Origin: Eubacteriales bacterium
GTDB lineage: Bacteria; Bacillota; Clostridia; Oscillospirales; CAG-382
Direction of reading: 5' to 3'
NCBI GenBank assembly: GCA_045577455.1
Contig: JAZNIJ010000160.1
Span: forward strand, 9,605 to 73,604
Length of the DNA: 64,000 bases
In this document: positions 31,358-40,202 of the stretch, in pieces
Layout: the number at the start of each line of letters is the position of its first letter
Numbering within the stretch: position 1 is the first letter of the stretch
Made by a program: the position numbers and the translations under genes
Notes under the pieces: model-generated
The model's database searches: none
What the model was told of the DNA's origin: nothing
What the model saw: the letters and a program-made list of their open reading frames with translations, nothing else

Positions 31358-32668
31358 ATGTCATTATATAGAAAACTAACAAATGGTGAGGAGAAGCTCT
31401 CTATAATCGGTTTGGGTTATGTTGGAATGCCTCTTGCTGTTGCATTTTCAAAAAAGGTATCTGTTATTGGGTACGATTTAAACAAAGACAAAATTGAACT
31501 ATACAAGTGTGGGATAGACCCAACAAACGAGGTTGGCAACGAAGAAATAAAGGCAAGCAAAGTTTTATTCACCTCAGACGAAAACGAGCTGAAGAATGCC
31601 AAATTTCACATTGTTGCAGTTCCCACCCTTTTGAATTACGACAACACCCCTGACCTTTCGCCTGTTTTAGAGGCAAGCAGGATAGTTGGGCGAAACATCA
31701 CTAAAGGGAGCATTGTTGTTTACGAGTCAACTGTATACCCGGGTGTAACCGAGGAATTATGTGTGCCAATACTTGAAAAAGAATCGGGGCTTATGTGCGG
31801 AATTGATTTCAAGGTTGGGTATTCACCTGAACGAATTAACCCAGGTGATAAGCTGCATCGTCTTGAAAATATTAAAAAAGTTGTATCTGGTATGGATAAA
31901 GAAACGCTGGAGCTTATAGCAAGTGTTTATGAGCTGATAATCGAAGTTGGGGTGCATCGCTCACCTTCAATAAAGGTTGCAGAAGCGGCAAAGGTTGTTG
32001 AAAATGCTCAAAGAGATATGAACATTGCTTTTATGAACGAGCTTTCAATAATCTTGAATAAAATGGATATAGACACCAAGTCGGTTCTTGAAGCGGCAAA
32101 AACAAAGTGGAATTTCATAGATTTTCACCCGGGTCTTGTTGGTGGTCATTGTGTTGGAGTTGCACCGTACTATCTCACCTACAAAGCAGAACGGCTTGGA
32201 TACCAGAGCAGGGTTATTCTTGCGGGCAGACGAATCAATAACGAGATGGGGAAATATGTTGCCGAAAACATAGTCAAGAGCTTAATCAAGGCAGAAAAGG
32301 CGGTTAAGGGTTCAAGAGTTGCAATTTTCGGTTTTGCTTTCAAGGAAAACTGTCCCGATGTTAGAAACAGCAAGGTATACGACATTGTTTGCGAGCTTAA
32401 GGAATATGGAATTAACCCGATGATAATTGACCCGATTGCAGATTCCACCGAGGTTAAAATGCATTATAATCTCAGCTTTTCTCCTCGCTCTGAGCTTGTT
32501 GATTTAGATGCAGTTGTTTTTGCTGTTGCGCACAAAGAGTTTCTTACATATAGCATCGGTGATATAGACGCAATGTACAGAGACGGTGAGCGTGTTTTGG
32601 TTGACATAAATGGACTGTTTTCAAGAGAAGATTTCGAGAAAAGGGGCTATGTATATTGGAGAATGTAG
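31358..32668 (+). CDS. nucleotide-sugar 6-dehydrogenase, TviB/WbpO-like (UDP-GlcNAc dehydrogenase family)
   Basis: IIGLGYVGMPLAVAF Rossmann loop, ...GYSPERINPGD..., GGHCVGV catalytic Cys, and overall TviB-like length and order. Confidence 0.8.
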   Translation: MSLYRKLTNGEEKLSIIGLGYVGMPLAVAFSKKVSVIGYDLNKDKIELYKCGIDPTNEVGNEEIKASKVLFTSDENELKNAKFHIVAVPTLLNYDNTPDLSPVLEASRIVGRNITKGSIVVYESTVYPGVTEELCVPILEKESGLMCGIDFKVGYSPERINPGDKLHRLENIKKVVSGMDKETLELIASVYELIIEVGVHRSPSIKVAEAAKVVENAQRDMNIAFMNELSIILNKMDIDTKSVLEAAKTKWNFIDFHPGLVGGHCVGVAPYYLTYKAERLGYQSRVILAGRRINNEMGKYVAENIVKSLIKAEKAVKGSRVAIFGFAFKENCPDVRNSKVYDIVCELKEYGINPMIIDPIADSTEVKMHYNLSFSPRSELVDLDAVVFAVAHKEFLTYSIGDIDAMYRDGERVLVDINGLFSREDFEKRGYVYWRM

Positions 32669-32704
32669 TTTCCCTTTTGAAAAAGATAAATAAGGCGGTA
32701 GAAA

Positions 32705-33691
32705 ATGAGCTATAAGGAGTTAAGATTTCCTGAAAATTCAACATTTCTTGTAACGGGCGGAGCTGGTTTTATTGGCTCTAACCTTTGCGAAGCAATTTTG
32801 AATATGGGATACATCGTGCATTGCCTTGATGATTTATCAACAGGAAAAATGGAAAATATATCAGAATTCTTTAAAAATCCTCGTTTTGAGTTTATAAAAG
32901 GGGATATAAAGGATTACGAAACCTGCCTTAAGGCAACGGAGGGCGTTGATTTTGTTTTACATCAGGCAGGATGGGGAAGTGTGCCAAGGTCAATTGAAAT
33001 GCCGTTGTTTTATTGTCAGAATAATATCTTCGGCACAGTAAATATGATGGATGCCTCTGTGAAAAATAATGTAAAAAAGTTTGTTTATGCTTCAAGCTCA
33101 TCGGTTTACGGTGATGAACAAACTTTACCTAAGCGTGAGGGATGCGAGAAAAACCTACTCTCACCGTATGCACTCACCAAACGGTGCATCGAAGAATGGG
33201 GCAGACAGTATAGTATCCATTATGGGCTGGACACATACGGCTTGCGTTATTTTAATGTGTTTGGAAAGCGTCAGAACCCAAAGGGGGAATATGCCGCAGT
33301 TATTCCAAAATTCATAAATCAACTGAAAAATAACGAACAGCCCACAATTAACGGTGACGGATATCAAAGCAGAGATTTTACCTATATTGAAAATGTTATA
33401 GAAGCAAATTTGAAAGCGTGCCTTGCACCGTCTGAGTATGCAGGTCAGTCCTTTAATATCGGTTGCGGTGATAGGGAGTATCTCATTGATGTTTATCGTA
33501 CTATCAGTGTAATTATGGGTAAGGATATACAGCCCATATATGCACCCGACAGGGCAGGGGATATAAAACATTCAAATGCGGATATATCAAAGGCGAGAAA
33601 TTGTCTTAACTATTCCCCTGAATACAATTTCAGACGAGGCATTGAAGAAGCAATAGGTTGGTATATGGAGCAGGAGGTAAATTATGGATAA
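32705..33691 (+). CDS. SDR-family nucleotide-sugar 4-epimerase, TviC/WbpP-like
   Basis: VTGGAGFIGSNL, SSSSVYG, YALTK (YxxxK), and a C-terminal RAGDIKHSNADISKA motif. Confidence 0.8.
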   Translation: MSYKELRFPENSTFLVTGGAGFIGSNLCEAILNMGYIVHCLDDLSTGKMENISEFFKNPRFEFIKGDIKDYETCLKATEGVDFVLHQAGWGSVPRSIEMPLFYCQNNIFGTVNMMDASVKNNVKKFVYASSSSVYGDEQTLPKREGCEKNLLSPYALTKRCIEEWGRQYSIHYGLDTYGLRYFNVFGKRQNPKGEYAAVIPKFINQLKNNEQPTINGDGYQSRDFTYIENVIEANLKACLAPSEYAGQSFNIGCGDREYLIDVYRTISVIMGKDIQPIYAPDRAGDIKHSNADISKARNCLNYSPEYNFRRGIEEAIGWYMEQEVNYG

Positions 33692-34670
33692 CGAAATGAC
33701 AAACACCACCAAAATGGAGGAGACAATCAACAAAAGCAACAAAACAAAGAAAGTCATAATTATATCTGCTATTTTCCTTGTACTTTGTGCAATTGGAGTG
33801 GCGGTGTATCTGGGCTTTATTGATGATAAATATTATATGGGGCCATTAAGGGCAGAATTGTCTGACGGCACATTAACAATAAGCGGTAAAGGTGATATGC
33901 CCGATGATATTCCATGGATAGACGAAAAAGACAAAATTACCAAGGTTGTAATTAAAGATGGTGTAACAAGTGTAGGAGACTGTGTTTTCCTTAGTTGCGA
34001 CTCCCTTGCAAGTGTAACCATCCCCGACAGCGTAACAAGTATAGGAAGATATGCTTTTGCTTATTGCAACTCTCTTAAAAGCATAACTATACCCGACAGC
34101 GTAAATAGTATAGGAACTTATGCTTTTTATGGTTGTGGCTTCCTTGAAAGCGTAACCATTGGAGATGGATTGAATAGTATAGGTGAGTGTGCTTTCAATT
34201 CTTGCCCATCCCTTGCAAGCATAGTTGTATCAAGTGGAAATAAGGTATATCACAGTGAAAATAACTGTTTGATTGAAACTGCAACCAAAACCTTAATAGT
34301 TGGCTGTAAAAATAGCGTAATTCCAACAGACGGCAGCGTAACAAGTATAGGGGATTATGCTTTCCATAATTGCTACTCCCTTGCAAGCATAACAATCCCC
34401 GACAGCGTAAATAGCATAGGGGATAGGGTTTTCGAGAATTGCTCCTTCCTTGAAAGCGTAACCATCCCTGACAGCGTAAATAGCATAGGGGACGGTGCTT
34501 TCTCCGGTTGTGACACCCTTGCAAGCGTAACATTCAAAGACCCTAACGGATGGTATGTTACAGAAACAGAAGGTGCATCAAGTGGAATTGATGTAGATGT
34601 TACAGACAAATCCACCATTACAGATTATTTAACTGCTGAATATACTTTTTACTATTGGTACAAAAAATAA
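33684..34670 (+). CDS. membrane-anchored BspA-type LRR_5 protein (328 aa)
   Basis: MDNEMTNT..., then KKVIIISAIFLVLCAIGVAVYLGF as an N-terminal TM anchor, then one LRAELSDGTLTISG...YYWYKK module. The start overlaps the tviC-like stop. Confidence 0.8.
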   Translation: MDNEMTNTTKMEETINKSNKTKKVIIISAIFLVLCAIGVAVYLGFIDDKYYMGPLRAELSDGTLTISGKGDMPDDIPWIDEKDKITKVVIKDGVTSVGDCVFLSCDSLASVTIPDSVTSIGRYAFAYCNSLKSITIPDSVNSIGTYAFYGCGFLESVTIGDGLNSIGECAFNSCPSLASIVVSSGNKVYHSENNCLIETATKTLIVGCKNSVIPTDGSVTSIGDYAFHNCYSLASITIPDSVNSIGDRVFENCSFLESVTIPDSVNSIGDGAFSGCDTLASVTFKDPNGWYVTETEGASSGIDVDVTDKSTITDYLTAEYTFYYWYKK

Positions 34671-34736
34671 CATCAGGCACATTTATTTCAATTTATTGAA
34701 ACTTAAAAAAGGATGAAAGAAATTGGGAGGTAAATT

Positions 34737-37466
34737 ATGGATAACGAAATGACCAACACCCAAACACAGGGCAACAACCCCACACAGGGCAACAACCCCA
34801 CAGAGGGAAACAATCCCACAGAGGGAAACAATCCCACAATGGGCAACAACCCCACAGAGGGCAACAACCCCACAGAGGGCAACAATCCCACAATGGGCAA
34901 CAGTCCCACAGAGGGCAACAACCCCATACAGGGCAACAACCCCACAGAGGGCAACAACCCCATACAGGGCATCAATCCCACAATGAGCAACAACCCCACA
35001 GAGGGAAACAATCCCACAGAGGGCAACAATCCCACAATGGGCAACAACCCCATACAGGGCAACAATACCACAATGGGCAACAATCCCACAGAGGGCAACA
35101 ATCCCACAATGGGCAACAACCCCACACAGGGAAACAACCCCACAACGGAGAATAAAAAAGGCAAAACAAAGAAAGTCATAATTATATCTGCTATTTTCCT
35201 TGTACTTTGTGCAATTGGAGTGGGTTTATATTTCTTTCTCGCCACCGACAACATCCACGAAGAATATGAGCTTGGAGAGTTGAAGGCAGAATTGTCACGT
35301 GGAAAGCTGACAATAAGCGGTGAAGGTGAGATACCCGATTATTCACCTACAGAGATTCCTTGGTACAAAGAACGAGACGAAATAAAAAAGGTTATAATTA
35401 AAAACGGTGTAACCGCAATAGGTAAAAACAGCTTTAACTCCTGTTTGTCTCTTAAAAGCGTAACCATTGGAGATGATGTTACAAGAATTGGCGAAAACGC
35501 TTTTTACTATTGCGTATCCCTTAAAACTGTAACAACAGGAGAAAATGTTGATGACATAATGGACTCTGCGTTTTCTCGTTGCACCGCCCTTAAACGCATA
35601 ACCATTAACGGTGCTGAAAATATTGGTAAAGATGCATTTTCCTATTGTTCGTCCCTTGAAAGTGCAACCCTTGATGCCGTAAATATAAATGATAACGCTT
35701 TTGAAAAATGCTACTCCCTTAAGAATATAGAGCTTTCCCAAAGGGTAAAAACCATTGGTAACAGCACATTCAAGGATTGCACATCCCTTGAAGTTATAAC
35801 CATACCCGATAACGCAACAGATATTGGTGATTATGCGTTTTCCTATTGCCGTTCACTTGACGGCATAACATTCTCAAACAGTGTTAAAAACATTGGAAAC
35901 GGTGCTTTTCGTGAATGTTCGTCTCTTGAAAGCGTAAATCTAGGGGCAGGAATTAACATTATTGGCAAAAGAGCGTTTCGTGGTTGCACATCCCTTAACG
36001 ATGTTACATTTGAAAACCCATACGGATGGTATCTTGCACAGTTCAAGGGAGCAACTGATGGCACAGCCATAACCGTAACCGACCAAATGGCTTCTAACCT
36101 CACAGACACATACGCAAATTACTATTTGCTCAGAACAGCCAACGCAACCAAAGACGGTATAGAATACAAAATTGGCGAACTTACAGCAACATTTATTGAT
36201 GGAACGCTTACCATAAAAGGCAACGGTGATATGCCCGATTTTTGGAACGCAAACTCCCTCCCTTGGAAAGATAAGGTTGATGTTTTAACAAAGGTTATTG
36301 TTGAAAACGGTGTAACAAGGATAGGGAACAGTGCTTTTGAAAAATGCTACTATATTGAAAGCGTAACCTTGCCAAACAGCGTTACAAGTATTGGAAAAAG
36401 GGCTTTCAGTTATGTCCAGTCCCTTAAAGAAATAACAATACCAAGCAGCGTTAATAAAATTGAAAACGGTGCTTTTCAGGAATGTACAGGGCTTAAAAAA
36501 GCTATATTTGAAAATCCAAACGGATGGTTTATTGATGTTGTGAATATTGAAATGCACGACGAGGAAAACGCCGCATGGTATCTCACAAGAAGCCACTCAA
36601 ACAGCAAATGGATAAATATAGCAGATTATGTTGCAGAATTCAACTACACCCTTGGCAAATTGTCTGCTACCTTGCGTGAAGGCATTCTCACAATAAAGGG
36701 TAATGGTGTGATTCCCGATTATTCAGCAAAAGGCACACCTTGGTACAATGAGAAAAACAGAATCCGCAATGTTATTATCGAAAACGGAGTTACCTGCATT
36801 GGAGACTATGCATTTTCAGACTGTGTTTCTCTTAAAAGTATAACTATTCCAAACAGTGTAAATAGTATTGGAGACAGTTCTTTCCTCAATTGCTCATCAC
36901 TTAAAGAGGTAACAATTCCAAACAGCGTTGAGAAAATTTATGAATATGCATTTTACGAATGTCAATCCCTCGAAAGGGTAACCATTGGAAACAGCGTAAC
37001 AAAAATAGGGGACAGTTGCTTTGAAAAATGCAAATCCCTTAAGGAAGTAACAATTCCGGGTAGCGTTGAAACTATTGAAAAATCAGCGTTTTCAGAGTGC
37101 AGATCCCTTGAAAAGGTAACTATTGAAAACGGCGTTAAAAATATTGATAATAACGCTTTCTATTATTGCTCAGCCCTTACTGATGTAACTTTTGGTAACA
37201 GCGTTACCCATATTGGCAGCCGCGTATTTGTCGGTTGTGGCAAGCTTGGGAGCATAACAATTCCCGATAGCGTTAAAACCATTGGAAACTATGCGTTTTA
37301 TGATTGCTGGTCCCTTGAAAGCATTGTGTTTGAAAACCCCGACGGATGGCATATGACACGAACAGAGGGCGGTACAAACGGAAGAAAAATTCCTGTAATG
37401 GATTCCAAGAAAATTGTGAAATATTTTCAATTCCCATACGAAGATTATTTTTGGTATTTTGAATAA
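34737..37466 (+). CDS. membrane-anchored BspA-type LRR_5 protein (909 aa), three modules, N-terminal NNPTxG repeat
   Basis: Same MDNEMTNT start and TM anchor as the upstream paralogue. Carries 21 hexapeptide repeats before the anchor. Three modules end in YYLLR, in SKWI, and in YFWYFE. Confidence 0.8.
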   Translation: MDNEMTNTQTQGNNPTQGNNPTEGNNPTEGNNPTMGNNPTEGNNPTEGNNPTMGNSPTEGNNPIQGNNPTEGNNPIQGINPTMSNNPTEGNNPTEGNNPTMGNNPIQGNNTTMGNNPTEGNNPTMGNNPTQGNNPTTENKKGKTKKVIIISAIFLVLCAIGVGLYFFLATDNIHEEYELGELKAELSRGKLTISGEGEIPDYSPTEIPWYKERDEIKKVIIKNGVTAIGKNSFNSCLSLKSVTIGDDVTRIGENAFYYCVSLKTVTTGENVDDIMDSAFSRCTALKRITINGAENIGKDAFSYCSSLESATLDAVNINDNAFEKCYSLKNIELSQRVKTIGNSTFKDCTSLEVITIPDNATDIGDYAFSYCRSLDGITFSNSVKNIGNGAFRECSSLESVNLGAGINIIGKRAFRGCTSLNDVTFENPYGWYLAQFKGATDGTAITVTDQMASNLTDTYANYYLLRTANATKDGIEYKIGELTATFIDGTLTIKGNGDMPDFWNANSLPWKDKVDVLTKVIVENGVTRIGNSAFEKCYYIESVTLPNSVTSIGKRAFSYVQSLKEITIPSSVNKIENGAFQECTGLKKAIFENPNGWFIDVVNIEMHDEENAAWYLTRSHSNSKWINIADYVAEFNYTLGKLSATLREGILTIKGNGVIPDYSAKGTPWYNEKNRIRNVIIENGVTCIGDYAFSDCVSLKSITIPNSVNSIGDSSFLNCSSLKEVTIPNSVEKIYEYAFYECQSLERVTIGNSVTKIGDSCFEKCKSLKEVTIPGSVETIEKSAFSECRSLEKVTIENGVKNIDNNAFYYCSALTDVTFGNSVTHIGSRVFVGCGKLGSITIPDSVKTIGNYAFYDCWSLESIVFENPDGWHMTRTEGGTNGRKIPVMDSKKIVKYFQFPYEDYFWYFE
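34767..35144 (+). repeat. 18-bp coding tandem repeat, 21 units ((Q/E/M)GNNPT)
   Basis: cagggcaacaaccccaca and variants. 378 nt equals exactly 21 x 18. Confidence 0.95.
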
Positions 37467-37478
37467 GGTTTGTAATCT

Positions 37479-38858
37479 ATGAAACTGAAAAAGCTATACG
37501 ATGCAACACCCATATTTATACAGAATATAATGATATCCATCAAAGGGTGGAGAAACTCCAAAAGGCGTTATGGTAAGCATTATTATGAGCATTTGCAGTT
37601 TCTTTTGGAGTTTGAAAAGTTGTCTCTTGCTCAAAAAAAGGAGTATCAACTTTTGAAACTTACAGAGCTTATAAAGTTTGCATATGAAAACAGCAAGTTT
37701 TACAGAGAGTTTTACAAAGATGTTGATATTTCTTCCATAAAAACCGTAGAGGATTTGGAAAAATTACCCATATTAACAAAAGAGCTTCTTCGTGAAAACA
37801 TCGATTTAATTGCGATAAAAAAAGGTTGCTCCACTTCTCACACAGGAGGCACAACGGGAAAATCCCTCACCATATGGCGTACTGACCGAGATTTAATGGA
37901 GCGTATGGCAACTCTGGACTATTTCAAAAGCAAGGTTGGGTTTATCAGTCTTAAAATGAGAAGGGCAACCTTTAACGGAAAACATATAGTGCCGAATAAA
38001 CAAAAAAAGAAGGTTTTCTGGCGGTATAACCCTTCCTGCAAGCAGATGATTTTTTCATCCTTCCATATAACCGAGGATAATTTGAAATATTATGTTTCAG
38101 AGCTTAACCGTTTTAAGCCACAGGCAATTGACGGATTTTTCACATCAATGTGCGATGTGGCAAGCTATATTGAGCGTAATAACTTGAAGTTGGAATTTAC
38201 CCCAATTGCAATTTTCCCAACATCGGAAACACTAACAGCAGAGGGAAGAGCGCTTCTTGAGAGGGTTTTCCGTTGCAAGGTGTATAATCAATACGCATCA
38301 AGCGAGGGTGCGCCATTTGTTTATGAATGTGAAAATCAGGTATTGCATATGGATTTGTCAAGCGGTGTTTTTGAAAGCTTGAACGATGCTTCACCTTGCC
38401 CCGAAGTTCTTGTGAGTAGCTTTACAAGTCATGGAACGCCCTTGATTCGATACAGAATCGGAGACAGGATGTCTTTTGCAAATCCCGACGCTGTTTGCTC
38501 CTGCGGTTGCAATTTGCCAATAGTAACATCGATTGAAGGGAGAAGTTTAGACTTTTTGTATAATGCAGATGGTGTAAAAATCAATGCAGGGAATGTTTCA
38601 AATATATTGAAATATATCCCCAACGCTGTAATCCGCTGTCAGTTTGTGCAAAGGGAAAAAAGCGTTGTTACTCTGCTTATGCAGGTTGATGAAGCATTGT
38701 ATAAACCCACATACGATAAGCAGATAACAGAAGAATTTGCCTGCAAATTCGGAGACAAAACAAAGCTGATTATAACCCATGTTAAAGATATCCCAAGGGA
38801 AAAAAGCGGAAAATTCAGAATGATAAAAAATCTTGTTGATGAACAGGAGAGAAAATGA
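37479..38858 (+). CDS. phenylacetate-CoA ligase-family adenylate-forming enzyme (CapK / F390-synthetase-like)
   Basis: 459 aa. SHTGGTTGKS AMP-binding P-loop, SSEG, and a C-terminal ...EKSGKFRMI lysine motif. Confidence 0.75.
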   Translation: MKLKKLYDATPIFIQNIMISIKGWRNSKRRYGKHYYEHLQFLLEFEKLSLAQKKEYQLLKLTELIKFAYENSKFYREFYKDVDISSIKTVEDLEKLPILTKELLRENIDLIAIKKGCSTSHTGGTTGKSLTIWRTDRDLMERMATLDYFKSKVGFISLKMRRATFNGKHIVPNKQKKKVFWRYNPSCKQMIFSSFHITEDNLKYYVSELNRFKPQAIDGFFTSMCDVASYIERNNLKLEFTPIAIFPTSETLTAEGRALLERVFRCKVYNQYASSEGAPFVYECENQVLHMDLSSGVFESLNDASPCPEVLVSSFTSHGTPLIRYRIGDRMSFANPDAVCSCGCNLPIVTSIEGRSLDFLYNADGVKINAGNVSNILKYIPNAVIRCQFVQREKSVVTLLMQVDEALYKPTYDKQITEEFACKFGDKTKLIITHVKDIPREKSGKFRMIKNLVDEQERK

Positions 38859-39856
38859 GATTATCAAACGAAGCTATTAAAAGGGTTGCTTTTGGCTATC
38901 TCCAAACAAAAGAGGACGAGAGGGGAATACATTTTTACCGTCATACAGATAAGCAAACTTTAGCGTTGTACGAAGCTGAGTATTTTTACGGTGATTGGTC
39001 AAAGGCAACAACAGGGGTTTTGCTTGATTTTTATACAGATTCCAAAAACCTCACCTTTAATGCGGTTTTGGGAGACAGCTTTGAAGTTCTGATAAACGGA
39101 TTGCCTCGGTATAAATTTTCTTTTATGGAAATGTACGAAAACCCCGAAAGTTGCAAATATGCCATTAAAGAGGGTGAAAATCTAAAAGGGGTTTCTGTTC
39201 CCCTTGAAAATGGGGAGCGTGTTCGTGTAACCATAGTTTACCCAGCCAGAAACGCTCCTGGGGTTATTGAATATGTTGAGCTTGACGATGGTGCAGAGCT
39301 TACACCATATACATACAGTGGTAAGATTCTCTTTTTGGGAGACAGCATAACCCAAGGTTTCTATGCATCCCACGATTCACTTTCCTATGCATACAGAGTT
39401 GCAAGGTTTTTCGATGCCGAAATGCTCAATCAGGGTGTTGGTGGTACGGTTTACAACGAAGAATTTCTGGATGATTTTGATTTTGACCCCGACAGAGTTA
39501 TTATCGGATATGGTACAAACGATTTCAGTATTTGTCCGTCAATGAATGTTTTTAAATACAATTTAGATGCTTATATGGAAAAAATCCGCCTTCGTTACGG
39601 TGATAAAAAGGTGTATATTATAACCCCCGTATGGAAGGGTACTATTGGAATTCAACCAATGGGAACATTTGAAGATTGCAGAAATGCAATTGCGGAAATG
39701 GGAAAATCAAAGGGTTTTACAGTTATAGACGGGTTTAAGTTAGTTCCTCATAGCAGTGAATATTTCAGTGATGCGGTTCTTCATCCAAACGATTTGGGGT
39801 TTGGTCTTTATGCGGAAAATCTGATTAAAGAAATTTTAATTGCAGAAATGAAATAA
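38855..39856 (+). CDS. SGNH/GDSL-family hydrolase or acyltransferase
   Basis: C-terminal half has FLGDSITQG (block I), GVGG (block II), GTNDF (block III) and DAVLHPN (block V). Confidence 0.75.
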   Translation: MRLSNEAIKRVAFGYLQTKEDERGIHFYRHTDKQTLALYEAEYFYGDWSKATTGVLLDFYTDSKNLTFNAVLGDSFEVLINGLPRYKFSFMEMYENPESCKYAIKEGENLKGVSVPLENGERVRVTIVYPARNAPGVIEYVELDDGAELTPYTYSGKILFLGDSITQGFYASHDSLSYAYRVARFFDAEMLNQGVGGTVYNEEFLDDFDFDPDRVIIGYGTNDFSICPSMNVFKYNLDAYMEKIRLRYGDKKVYIITPVWKGTIGIQPMGTFEDCRNAIAEMGKSKGFTVIDGFKLVPHSSEYFSDAVLHPNDLGFGLYAENLIKEILIAEMK

Positions 39857-39860
39857 AAGT

Positions 39861-40022
39861 TTGGAGAAAACAATAGATAAGAAAAAAGAGATAATTCCCT
39901 GTTGGGAAGTTGTGGAACAGTTGGGCTCGGGTGGCTTTAGCACAGTTTATGATAATGAAATACTTAAACAAATAGGGGATGCAGATTTTGCATCCCCCTG
40001 TTTGGTTATAAAAACGATTTGA
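39861..40022 (+). pseudogene. remnant of a Hanks-type protein kinase N-terminus (53 codons)
   Basis: Hand-read ...WEVVEQLGSGGFSTVYDNE..., a glycine-rich ATP loop with nothing downstream. The reading frame runs through a terminator hairpin. Confidence 0.3.
39975..39997 (+). terminator. hairpin ending the tviB-like operon
   Basis: GGGGATGCA-gattt-TGCATCCCC followed by a weak T tract (CTGTTTGG). Confidence 0.5.
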
Positions 40023-40202
40023 AAGAAAAAAATTCTTATGATTATTTATGAGAAAAATGTAGTGTTTTACATTTTTCGTAGGAAAAAGTGTGGTGTATTA
40101 CATTTTTTCGTAGGAAAAAGTGTGATTATATCATAAAAATCCGTTGCATTTATTATAATTCTGTGGTATACTATATTTGAAAATAGAAATGGAGGTGTGT
40201 TT

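Noticed and set aside
34703-35254. 183-aa minus-strand ORF (VGLLPS repeats) and the 65-aa ORF at 34972..35169.
   Set aside because: They are antisense to the 18-bp NNPTxG repeat. The sense frame is continuous with a TM anchor and LRR domains and has a GGAGG RBS.
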